Of a DNA stretch of 64,000 nucleotides, positions 50,233 to 62,109 are shown piece by piece. Every line of letters begins with the position of its first letter. Position 1 is the stretch's first letter. Both the position numbers and the translations under genes were made by a program. Under the pieces are notes generated by a model. That model saw only the letters and a list, made by a program, of their open reading frames with translations, was not told the origin of the DNA and did not search any database. Source of the stretch: Selaginella moellendorffii (lineage: Eukaryota; Plantae; Lycopodiophyta); assembly GCF_000143415.4 (NCBI RefSeq), contig NW_003314324.1:224011-288010 (forward strand), read 5' to 3'.

Positions 50233-52001
50233 GGCACGACCACAGGCATTGATCCTCTGCAGTACAGAGACACAGCAATCTACACAGCCACAGCAAATCG
50301 CTCGCGTAGAGAGAACCAAACGATGGGGTTTAACAGGAGGCTGAATGTATTTGTATGTTCATTATAAGAGAGCTGACAAAGCCAATCAAAATCAAGTCAA
50401 GGAATCAGTTACCAATCACCCCACCTTGTACAGGGAACGAATGCAAGAATCTATCCTTACGTGAGAAAAGCGATCACTGAAACAATGGTTCTAAATAGCA
50501 CTCCCATCAACATATTAAAACCATGATGAATGAGCAAGAGGAACTAATAGAAACTACTCCAGGCTTGCAGATAAACTCTTCCAGCGAGAAGATGGTGGTC
50601 CAAAAGAATGGCACAAGCTTTTCCTGTACACCATAATGTTTGTATGTGCAAGAAGCTCTGGCACTTACAACTCTGGACTTTGATGGTGGTGTGATTGCAG
50701 GCTATTTCGTTTTACTGTTTTTCACAAGAGGATATCCCAAAGATATCCTCTTGCAGGTGGGAGTGATGGAGCTATGGAGCGAGGGGCGTGGAGCTAGCAA
50801 GCAGTCGCCAGAGTCAAAGGCATGAAAATATCAGCATGGCAACTGACATTGATTACTGGCAAAAGCTGATGACTGGAGTGAGACGAGCTGTCTTAATGAA
50901 ATGGGCCACTTGGACATTTCGGTTGGCGAGTGGAGTGGACAAACCCTGGAGAAGAGCTTTGGGAGCATGGAGCGTGGAAGAGCAAGGCTTGTTGCATGGA
51001 GAATGGAGGTTGGGCTTTATTGGAGTTTGGCTTGGGTAAGGCTTATGGAGTTTGGCTTGGGCTCCGAGAGCGTCAAAACAGTCAATCATCGTATGTAAAA
51101 GAGGAAGTGAAGTGAAGAAGAATAAAGGATGCCTCAATGAAGAGTTCCTAGACAAAGTGCTCTAGATCATGTGAACAAGCGGCTTTGAGTATGGAAGCAA
51201 GGGAGCATCATCGAGCAACCATGGGTATTCCGTGTCCTCGCTATAAACAGTAGTTTTACCTTAGAGAAAATACCTGTTTTAGGTGTTTTTATGGCGTGCA
51301 ATTTGTAAAAGGGTGGATTTCACTCACACCATGTGTATGCTTGCTATTGGTCCACATGTATTATGAGTGTGAACAAAACACAGGTATAGAATATTTTGTG
51401 AATATCCAATGGTTATGCCCCGGATGGGGCATCATGCCCATAGAAATGACCCATGCTATGTATGGAATGGAGCCATTTATGGCCCATAGACCATTCATCC
51501 CATGCATTCTACCAAGTTGTTAATGTTGCAAACCAAATGGACAATCAACTAAATTGCTTATCTAGAGCAGTATGTTCTCACATCTTGCTCTTGGCGTTCA
51601 TGGCAAAAGAATTGAATTAAGCAAGTGTTGCTTTTGTTCCAACATTTTGTTGATGGGAGCTCACTCCCAGGCTTTTAAATGCCAAGTTGTGAGTGTTTAG
51701 TGTTTTTTGGCACACCTCTTTTAACATAGTGTTCATAACAAGCGTAAATGAACTCCATCTAGCTCCATTGCAAAGCCATGGATATATACTATCTAGAGTC
51801 ATGTCTTTAATGGATCCCATTGAGTTTATCTTTCGTTGCCATTGATTTCCAATGTAGCTCTCTCAACACTTGAGTTTTGTACCATGATGCTTAGAAGATT
51901 TGCATATGACTCAAAAGTAGGTTGAAGTTTAACCAACTCGATAAATTGGTGGGGCTCATACTTCAATTGTGTACTATGCAAAGATGCATATTGTTGATAT
52001 T

Positions 52002-52270
52002 TGGACCTGGAGTTCTCTCAAGAGGAGCATGCTGAAAGAGATTTGAGAATGTGGAAGTTGCAATTGCATGTAGTAACATTCAAGATAACAATAGACACTT
52101 TCAACATTTTCCAATTATAATTGTTTCAAATTGGACCTAGAGTTCTCTCAAGAGGAGCATGCTGAAGGAGATTTGAGAATATGGAAGTTGCAATTGCATG
52201 TAGTAACATTTAGGTGAGAAGAGCAATGACAATGGACACTTCCAATATTTTCCAATCATAACCGTTTCAA
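52002..52270. repeat. ~130-bp tandem duplication inside the transposon
   Basis: TGGACCT.GAGTTCTCTCAAGAGGAGCATGCTGAA.GAGATTTGAGAAT.TGGAAGTTGCAATTGCATGTAGTAACATT at 52002 and 52132. Confidence 0.9.
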
Positions 52271-53016
52271 ATTTTGAAATTTGTGAAAAGGGTTTCCAAG
52301 CATGGGGCAAAACTATCTAATGTATGCCATGCGCTGCAGCCGAAGAACTAGAGTTTTCAGGGATTGAAAGCTCGTACTTTGTAACAGTTTCCTATATGGT
52401 CTAACCCTTTTGCAATGTTTGAGGTTTCTAGGTTTCCTCCTGGCATGGCAAACTGGAGAGGATTTTATGACTTCTTTGAGGCACAACAATGGATCCAACA
52501 GGGGACAGGACCAAGGATTCTATATGATGCCTCCTCCTCTTAAAGCTTAACAATCCCTCTGACAAGGCAGCCCAAGACAACTTCTAATGTTGTGTCAATC
52601 ACTAAGGGGAAAGGTCCTACTGAAGAAAGCGACAGCGAGGGATATGTTACTGCTCGAGATGCAAGCAAGGACAAGTTCACAGACCTAGAGGGTGATTTTG
52701 GTTCTACCATGAAACAGGTTGAGAATTCCTCAAGCGAGGATGGGCATCATGTAGCACCCAAGCTCGATAGTTTTGACTCAGAACCTAAATTGGGAGTTGC
52801 TTTGGAAGCTATAGTGATTACCCTTAGTGAGGCAAGCATAAGCCAAAAGGGTACCAAGGGCTGCAAGTGCCTATAATAGGCATTTGTGGAATATTTTGAA
52901 TATTTTTACCTTTAACTTTGCCAATGAACTGGAAAGAGTCTCTTTCGAAGTGTGAAACATATTTCAAGACAATTATCTATTTTTATTGTGAAAGTGTTTA
53001 CATTACTTCTACAACA

Positions 53017-56000
53017 TCAGCCCAATCCATACAAGCTCTATGGATTTTGGAGTGCCCGGTGGATCTTGTGTTTGGTCCACTCCTTTGACGGGTATGTTAA
53101 AGGGAAGAAAACTTCTCGTGTACATGTGGAGAACTTGAGAAATCGAGTACATGATGTACTCTGTCTCTCAACTTGGATCCAAATAGGCTCTCTCAGTCGG
53201 AACTCTAGAGAATCAACCGCAAAGTGATGGAACTTGGATAACTCTTTTGGGCTCATATCTATAAAATGTTCAAATATACAAGAGTTTTAGTTGTTTGTGA
53301 AAGTAAATAGTTACCTCGAATGATGTCCACAATCTAACTGCGGAAGTTCTCTCCAAAGTCTTGATCAAAGATCAGGCAGTTGATGAACTCCACGGGAGGA
53401 ATGATCGTCCTTACCCAAAAGACCTATAACAAAGCATCTGTCCCAATGAGTGAAAGCCCACCTAGCAATGCTGGACTCTTGTAAGGCCTCTGACGAGCTT
53501 CCATGTGCATTGAGTGTTGGAAGCCATCTCGGAGTAAGTCTCCCACTACGTTTGGCTTAATGAATAAATAATGCCAAACCATCGCAGCCACGCATGCCTC
53601 CACAGCCTGCTCATAACCTTCACCAAGTTCGGTGAGTCTAGACTCAAGCACCGCATTGTAGTCAGTAATTGCAGGGTTCTCTAGGATGGAATCCACAGAC
53701 TTGTGCCGATCACCCTCCTCTTTTAGGCTTGATGCACCTTGCAATTGGTTGAGTGCATTCCAAATATGCGGCGCGCATGCCTTGAGATCCATCTCATATA
53801 GTCCTCCTCGGGCAAGTCGTCGGTCATCTTTGTTTGGAACCTCTCCAACTGCAATTGCCAATGTTGCAATTGTACACCCGCAAGATACCTGTGCATTACA
53901 TTCGAACACTTGGAATAGCAACCATCCCACAAAGATAGCTTGTGCATATAGAAATGAGGAGCATATAAAACTTGTGCTTTAAACTTAACTTACCACATCC
54001 CGCTCTTCTTGTCGCAACATCCTAGGATGCACTGGCATCCTGGGATGCCAATATGTGGCTCCTTCCCTAAGCACAAATAGTCCATGCATCTATAACACAA
54101 AGTTACTTTAGTGAGCCAAGTGAAAATTAGACTTACCAATCCTGGAATCTGGCGAACAGCCTCCCTAATGGCTTTTGCATGTGGCCCACCTACATCTATT
54201 GTGGATTCCTCCCATACCAAAGCTCCTCCAATCTCATACTCATAGACCACTTTGTAATTCGGTATGCGGAGATTAGTATTGAAGGCGAATTGGAAACAAC
54301 TAAATTCATTGTTTGGTGCAATCTAGAAGGACAAGTGAGGTAACTCCAATTCATAGGAAATCCATTGCTTACCAGAATGCGAAACAGCCTCAAACGTGTA
54401 TGAGCAAGTCTATATGGCCGAAGCATGGCCTTCTCGATGCAAAAACAAGAGAACTTACAATACAGTGTTTCAGCAGTGTCAGATAGTTCTCTCCATTGTT
54501 GTGCAACTGCCCAATTCCTACGTAGGTCCCTGCACAAAACCATAAGATGGTACTAAGTGCTAAGAAATAGATACACATACTTCTTCTCAATGAACCATGC
54601 TATTGTGGACTCAAGAATTGAAGGAGGCACATTAATACTTACTTCAGCAAGGAGTTGTTAGATTGTGTTGTCACAAAACACATCCTCGTACTGTGCTTCT
54701 GAAAGGCCAAGCTTAAGGAGAACACTCTCCCAATCTTGCCAATGAGGCATGGCTTGGTTGAAAAGCACGCGCCGCAGAAATATTTCACCGCCAACCCAAT
54801 GGAATTCAAAGTGTCTAGCAATAGCGTCTAGCATCTCCTCATCACTTGTGCTCTCCACGCCAAAGCAACCAAGAAGCTTGTGTTTCAGCCACTGCACCTA
54901 TGAGAGAACTTTAGCATCCCCCTGTGCCCTCACCTCAAGGGTTGTGGTGGTATCCTATAAGGTAGAAACCTCCTCATGCTGCAGCATGATGAAGTTAGCA
55001 CTATCCTGAGTGGTTAACTAAACAGCTTCATTAAATGCATTGGTGGCATCAATCCATCTTTGTTGACGCTCCAACAATCTACATGCAAACATTAGTTCAA
55101 TTTTGAATGGCACAATTTTCAATTATCTTACTCTACTGTAGAAAAGTTGTTAAGCAACTCCATAAGAGTAAACGGAGTGGAGCTACTTCCCTCTAGAAAG
55201 GGGGGTGGAGGCACACCATGGTCTTCAAGGCCTCTACCATCACTGTCATACACTACCATTGGCTTATCTACACTTAGAAATTAGAAAATGAAAAAAATAT
55301 TTATTTATGTTAATGTTTCTTACTGGTCGCATGGCCTGGAGCCACTATCTCTGGTGACAAGGATGTCTCCGGAGATCCTTGGTGTGGTTCATCCCCACCA
55401 TCACCTTGTTCTTCGACTCCGCTAATGTCCATATTGTCTTATGTGGGGAGAGTTTCTTTTGGTAATAGAAGAATGTCCTCTTCATCCGCAAAGTCTTCTT
55501 CTTCATTATTCTCGTAAGGGTTTAGTTCCTATGTGGTTGGCCTTGGATCATCATTTGCAGTCAAGGTATTTGTTGCAGCTACAACTGCAAAGACCACAAC
55601 ATATATTTGTGAGGAGGGAACTTAAGAAAAAAAATGACTTACATTCACAAACATCCTTCTCCTCGAGTGCTCAGGCTTGCTTTTGATAACTTAGGCAATG
55701 TTTGTCAGTAAGATGCTCCATAACATTGTATAGGTATATTACTATTGCCTGATTGTCATTGGCCTTGTTTGCTATAGCTCCCCATGATGTCTCCCCATGA
55801 TGTTTGAGGAGGCCAGTAGCAAGGCCGAATAGAGCTGAGGCCAAATTTTGCAGACTCGGCATAGGCCTCACCACCATTGGACTTCCTTGCAAGCTAGATA
55901 AATGCTCCTGGGTTGGTCATGGATGAAGGTTGGATTCCTGAGGCTTGGAGTGATAGTAGAATCACATGTTGGGCTGTGCCGGGTTGGAAAGGAATACTGG

Positions 56001-57150
56001 AGTATAAGCCACCCCATATGAGACACTCTGGGAGGCCCACTGCCAGCTCGTCAAGTTCTGTCACCTTCACAGATGGCTCTCTTTTCCGCCCATACAAGTG
56101 TACATGACAAGTCTTCAGGATTGCAATCCACTTGGTGACAAGAACTGTGGTGAACGGCCGAGGGACCAAGGGTGTTGTAGACGACATCCCACCAATGACT
56201 TTGGATCAACTGCCACGACGTCCACGACGACAAGATAAGGACTGCCAATTGTTATCGGCATAGGTGTGCACTGCAGCCACAAGTGGTGAGAGAGTCTAGC
56301 ACAGTGAAACAAAAATGAGTTAAACAAATCCAAAGAAGAAAAAAATGAAGAGTGCATGGGGTCATGTTATACCTGTGGCTTACATGGCAGCCCACCTTGA
56401 GGGTCAGCTTGAACATATCTGGATGTCGAAGCTCCACTAGATGATGATGTCGATCCTTGGGAGTAGTTGTGGAATGCTGATGGGGAACTATAAGCTCGCT
56501 AGTGTGGCGGCATTGTCAACTCACCCTATGCAGAAAAACACATGGAAAAAAAAATGGGTACAAATGAAAAATTTACCAAGCTAGACTGCTTGTTGCTTCA
56601 TGAGGTAGATGGCCAGGTACTGGCACTTGTACCGGTAGATGGAGTTGTGAGAGTTGTAGCAGTTAGTGGAGTTGCGGGGCTGGTAGCAGTGGCACTATAT
56701 AGGGTTTCGTGAGCACGTCCTGTAGTTGGTGTTGGTGGCAGCGTTCCAGATTGGACAACACCGTGGGCATGAGACGTCCGGACTTGCTCATTTGGAATGC
56801 TCAGGCTGCTACTTTCCAAGGAAGGCGAGGACAATGAAACATGCTGAAGGTTCTGCATATGTTGCAATGTATGCAATGTTAGGCGGCACTCTGCTTGCTC
56901 AAATGTAGTCAGGAGCTGTGGATGGGATGTTGTTGGAGTTGATGTCCCTGCTGCGGAGCTTGGAAAATCAAGTGGCTAGCATGTGTCTTGTGGGATTGTT
57001 GGCTGTACCGATTGTGGAACATCGAGTGCTTAGCTGCGTGCTTGTGAGGTGTTTCCTGCATAGTATCTACTACTGTTGAGGCGTGCAGCATTCTTGCTTC
57101 GAGCCTAGAAACCACAAAGGACTAGTTATGCAAACCTGATCGAGGAGAAG
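53017..57150 (-). pseudogene. HECT-type E3 ubiquitin ligase gene carried by the transposon, multi-exon, degenerate
   Basis: WEESTIDVGGPH (HECT N-lobe GE..D.GG motif, ~54180-54215); C-lobe KFSTCTREVFFPLTYPSKE..IHRALQNP*SLYGLG* with the catalytic Cys; Pro/Ala/Thr-rich N-terminal exons; premature TAG 53038-53040. 5' end approximate. Confidence 0.68.
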
Positions 57151-57426
57151 CTACCCACCATCACAGCTGTGGTGCTCTCGCTTGGGGGTGGTCCTGCAAT
57201 CGGGGGAGTGTGCACTAGAAGCCTTGCCTCTGGTTAGATGACACGAATCGATTGGAAGAACGAACGAACCATCGACAAAATCATGTCATAAAATGAAATT
57301 GCCCCATATCCAAGGCACAATTAATATGGGTGGGACTGGGTGAAAACCCTAATCCCAAACATGGGAACCCTAAAATTGAACAAATCAGGAATTGAATTTA
57401 AATTTGAAATGTACACTAAAGAACAC

Positions 57427-59190
57427 TCAATTTTTTTCGAGTATGGCCAAGTATAATTTTTCCAAAGCTCGTCGCTTCACTGGTGTTGCTGTAGGCAAGG
57501 CACTCTCGATGTAAAGTGGTAGATCTACACCCGCAACATCAGCCATTGCACATTCCATTGTTAGATCCAAATGAAGTAGATATTGCTCGTCTAAGTTGAG
57601 TCCCTCCCGATGCATAAAAAATGCCTAGTTTCGAACAGTGCCAAGAGCCTGTAAGGTAGCCAAGCACAATAAAATAGATTTAAAGAAATTGTTGTATTCT
57701 TGCTCTAAAAATTACCTCTGACAAAGTTGCACCTTCCAGATTAGAGAGAAATAGTCCCGGAAGGTCTTCAATATCTTTTCCACCAATAGTCAGCATAATC
57801 CTACAAAAGCACATTTTATCAGAAATTCTGTAACATTACTAAAATTGTTACTCAAGCTCTCATTCCATCGGTTGAAATAAGTTTGCAAGAACATGAGATG
57901 GTCTGAAGTAATCACCACATCGATACGGACGGACCTCATGGAGGTTCTAGGTTGCAACCCAGTATGAAATATCCTTCTTGAGGTACAGAGCAAAGACACA
58001 ATGTAGACTCTGGTTGTGCCATAGATTAGATACATCGAGAATTCCTATATCTTCCATAGACTCAAAAAAGTGCTTATAAAACCCGCACTCAAAGAGCTCT
58101 CTCCACAAATGCTCTATGTGCTGTAAAACAAATTTGATTTAGTCCTATGAGTCCTTATTTGGAAAAACTCTAACACTGTGAGTACCTAATTACGTGTTGA
58201 TGTCCCACGTATGAAGCTCTTAGCTTCAAGACCCTAACAGTGGATCATGTCCTTCTCAGCCTCATTGTGCTCTGGAGCATTGTCACTCCAGATGCACTTG
58301 GGCCTTCTAAATCGACGAATAGCTTGTGCATATGTGTTAAATATTGCATAGGATTATTTGGAGGTAGCTAGCTCACAAGCTACAATATAATGAGTTGCCC
58401 CACAAATAATGGCATGTACATAGAAACCATAGCTTACAAGCTTGCAATATGCTACAATAAACATGTTACCACATGTGCTTACAAAAAAGCAAAAATGAAA
58501 GAATACTCACAATTCATATGGCAAAGTGCATAAGCCTCCTTGTTCCTGTAAATCCATCGTCGAATCCTTGTCATGTGCCTTTGTTCCAGTCTACTTGGAT
58601 TGTGAGTGGCTAAAGCCTCACGAATTTAGCGTCGGCTAAATCGGTATCCTCCAGTTCGATAGCTAGATCGGGAATTGATAATCCCCTAGTTTGTGCCACC
58701 TCGATTCATGGCATTGTTAGTTCGAATGTGATGAAGTACCTCTTCGGGTGGTACTTTGTAATATACACCTCTCCAATTTGGATCGACAAGCCGCATGTAT
58801 TTGTACAGTGTTGGCTTGGAAATTTTAAGATAGCATGCGAGGTAAGCAGTAGTCTTAGTCTCGAGGATCTTCAAGTGCATCCAAGTGCCAAATGTAGCTG
58901 GACTACCAAATCCCCTCGATTGCAAAAAATTATAGAAGGCCTAGAAACATGTAAATCATGAATCTAGGAGGCTGGAAACTAAGCAAACCTCTAGGAGAGC
59001 ATTGTTGTCACTATCCATACTGGAACCACAATCTAAATCACTAAAATTGGATGGAAGGCCATCCACCTCATCTTCCTCCACGTCTTCCAATAAACTTGGA
59101 AGAAAAGGTTTCAGTGACACAAATTTGAAGTAAACTAGAGAGGGAACTATACTCATGGTAGGAACTTGAAAGTCCATAAAGAACAATCGA
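57427..59190 (-). pseudogene. IS3/integrase-like DDE transposase, degenerate
   Basis: HTH-like LKISKPTLYKYM; RIRRWIYRNKEAYALCHMN/CKLASYGFYVHAIICG; RPKCIWSDNAPEH; HIEHLWRELF..FESMEDIGILD..RWNE. These match the RR.Y...WH.D..KL...IHG.IDG / P..R.D.G.EN / RIERLWR pattern. Stops and frameshifts. Confidence 0.75.
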
Positions 59191-59899
59191 GTAGTAAATC
59201 AAAGCCACTTCCAACATTGCCTACAAAAACATTTCAAACCACTCATAGCAAACCAAATTACCTTGCACATCTACTACCAAGAAACATGCCGAATAACAGA
59301 GCACTAAAGCAAGGCGCTAAGGCAGGGAAGTGTCTCCTAAACCTTATGACCTGATGAATCCCCATGTCATGGGGTCATGTGGCATCTATGTGTAACACAT
59401 TGTTCATATTATGGGGACATCATTGACCCATCGGCTAAGATCCATGGGGCATCCATGAGGCATCCAAATGACATTTAATGCTGAACCAATAGAAAACTGC
59501 CACATGCACACTGTATTGTGAGTGAAATCTACCACAGTAAAACTCACCTTTTTATGAATTGCATGCCATAGTTTTCAGTGGTGCACTGCCCAAACCCATT
59601 CTTCAATAAACATACAGAGATCGAGCAAGGAGAGCTGAACCAAGTAGTCTCATTGAACTAGACAGCAGCACGATCATTTAGTTAAAATCTTGCTGGATTC
59701 TGAGAGTGGGAGGAGCAAAATCCGATGCCAGCAGGACGAGGGGGCAGCCCACTACACATGACGTCAGGCGCTTTCTACGCCACTTTCATCTCCTCACATA
59801 AGACCCTCATTACCAAGCTAGGAGCCTTCTTCCCCACCAGACCTTGACGAGGATACCAATCATCCCCACCACCAGCCCCTCCTCCACCCATCTTAGTTT

Positions 59900-61915
59900 C
59901 TACTCCTACAAGAATGAGTGGTGCTGGTGGATCCGGAGGTGGACCACCACTGCCGCCGCCGCCAATTCCTCCTCTGCCAGGAAGGCATTTTACATGCATG
60001 AGGTATCCTTCTTTCTCGCCCATCGCAGGCAATGATACAGACGCACATCTCAATTCCTTTGAGACTGTTGGCATCGCCAACCAAGAAGAGCTGATTGCCT
60101 TTGGTTCTTCTCTGCTACACTCCAAGATGCTGCTCTGGAGTGGTATTTCCAAGTTCAGTGTTCTGCACCAGCCAGTATTGCGACTTGGGACCTGCTTCAC
60201 TCAGCCTTTCTCGCTGCTTTCTGGCCCATGGGATTCACACAGCAAGTTAGTGAGGAACTTAACTACATTTGATTGTTGCCAAACGAAAGCTTACAAAGTT
60301 TTATCATCTGGTTTCTGCGACTAGTTGCTAAAAAGGACCCTCCTCCCAGCGAGGACGATCAGGTTCACTTCTTTACGAATGGCCTGCCTCCCAAATTGGC
60401 TTTCTTCACGAAGGGCCAGACTCCCACAACACTTGCTGAGGCTATTTTCATGGCTTTCAGTTGGGAGCAAGCCTGCGTGAGCATGGCTCGCTTCCAGCAG
60501 CCTTTCTACTCCATTCCTTTAGTGCTTTGTGGTCTTCTAGTGATTCTGCCAACCTTTCCCTCCCTGCAAACATCAGCAGCATCACAAGCACATCCTTCAC
60601 TCACTGATCCAGCAAGCTTACCTTTTCCTGGAACCATTGATTACTGCCACCTCCAGCAGCATGTACTTCCTGCCATGGCTACTTCCTCTTCAACTCTGCC
60701 AAAGTCACAAGAAACCTCCAAAGTATATGATGACTTAGAAACACTCACCAAGAAAATGTCTGAGTTTCAGCTTAACTGGATTTGAGAAGTCCAGACACCA
60801 CCTCAACCCATTACTGAACGTTAGAATATCTAGTGTATTCATTGCAAGGGATATGGACATTATCTTAACAGATGCCCAAGTCCTACACCAGCTCAAGTTA
60901 AATGCTAGCACTGCAGACGAAATAATTACAGATTAGAGCACTGCATGTATAAACCGGTACCTCAGCTCAGCCAGGTCTTTGCATGCCTGCACGTCACATC
61001 TACCACATCCAGCCCCAGCTCCTTCAAGATCCATCACCACCTCTGTACCCATTTATGTAGCAGCTCCAGCACAAACAAGTAATGTACCTGGAAGGGGTCA
61101 AGCCCCACATCCAATCATCTGCCCTATGGCAAGACGATAGTGATTGAGCGGAGAAGCACTACTGGAAGCAACACTATTATCTTGAAAAATCACCAAGGTT
61201 GGTTTTCTATCGTGCGAGGGATTTACTTCTTTTGTATTGTGTATTCCAGGTAGCCATATCACTCCCAAGTGTCTGAATGCATGAGCACTAGTTGAGTACC
61301 AGCCCATCTGCAGCATTTGTAACATGCAAGGTCTCCATGCCCAAGACAACTACCCTCACTGTCTTCGTCGTGATCAAGGCAGCCAAGGCAATCCTCCATG
61401 ACATTCCACTGCTCCAAAAACTAACCCGGTGATTGACACACAAGTCGTCCAGCCCTGCTATGGCATGATTCCTGCCCTCGCCATGGCCCATGTGGCTCAA
61501 ACTGCACACGCAATGGCCCTACAACTACTCAAACGTCAAGCTGCAAAACCATAGCCCACCCATACGGCTCCTGCCTTTGTTCCAAGCGTGTACCCTAATG
61601 CAGCAGTTACTCCAATCCAGTTTGAAGCACTTCTCTCTCCGCCCTCGCCCTCGTGAGACCAGGGATCAAGAGGATAGCACCGACAAGAAAAAGAAATATC
61701 GCCATGTTCTCAATCTGGAGACACGTCGGTACGATATTTTGGGGGATCTGGAGCACCAAAAGCCACAAATTTCTTTTAGCCAGCATCTACATGCTGCTCC
61801 AGAGCTCTGCAAGGTAGTTTCCTCTGCTCACTGTGGGCATCGAGAAATTGTTGTGAACAGCGTGTGGCCCCTCTTTGTCAACATGTCTGCTCCCACAATT
61901 AATGTGGACATTCGT
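59900..61915 (+). mobile_element. Gypsy-type LTR retrotransposon gag remnant, copy A
   Basis: AHLNSFETVG..LQDAALEWY..TWDLL.SAF..NESLQSFI (Retrotrans gag), CxxCxxxGH knuckles, YDILGDLEHQKPQISF; frameshifts and stops. Confidence 0.82.
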
Positions 61916-62109
61916 GGCCATCCACTAAGCAGCCTAGCAGATGTCACCTTACTTGCCAATTAAATAGTGTGTTGTTCTCCTTCTCTGCCAATATTGACTG
62001 GAGCAGGCTGATCAAGAATAGCATGATCTGAAGTCTGGAAAGAACAACATGGTTGATGTAATTGGTAGGTAAAGTGAGATCTGGTAAGCAACTATAAGGT
62101 GGGCTGCTT

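Larger units (their letters stand above)
51290..59570 (-). mobile_element. TIR DNA transposon, IS3EU-like, ~8.3 kb
   Basis: Termini TATGGCGTGCAATT..AAAAGGGTG..GATTTCACTCACA and TGTGAGTGAAATC..CACCTTTT..AATTGCATGCCATA are inverted; GTTTT flanks both sides (51285-51289, 59571-59575); internal transposase and HECT genes. Confidence 0.78.

Noticed and set aside
50640-51050. Possible LINE fragment (AVLMKW...W)
   Set aside because: Motif similarity too weak to support a call.
52489-52876. Acidic plus-strand ORF inside the IS3EU-like element
   Set aside because: Could be a third decayed gene, but it has no recognisable motif.
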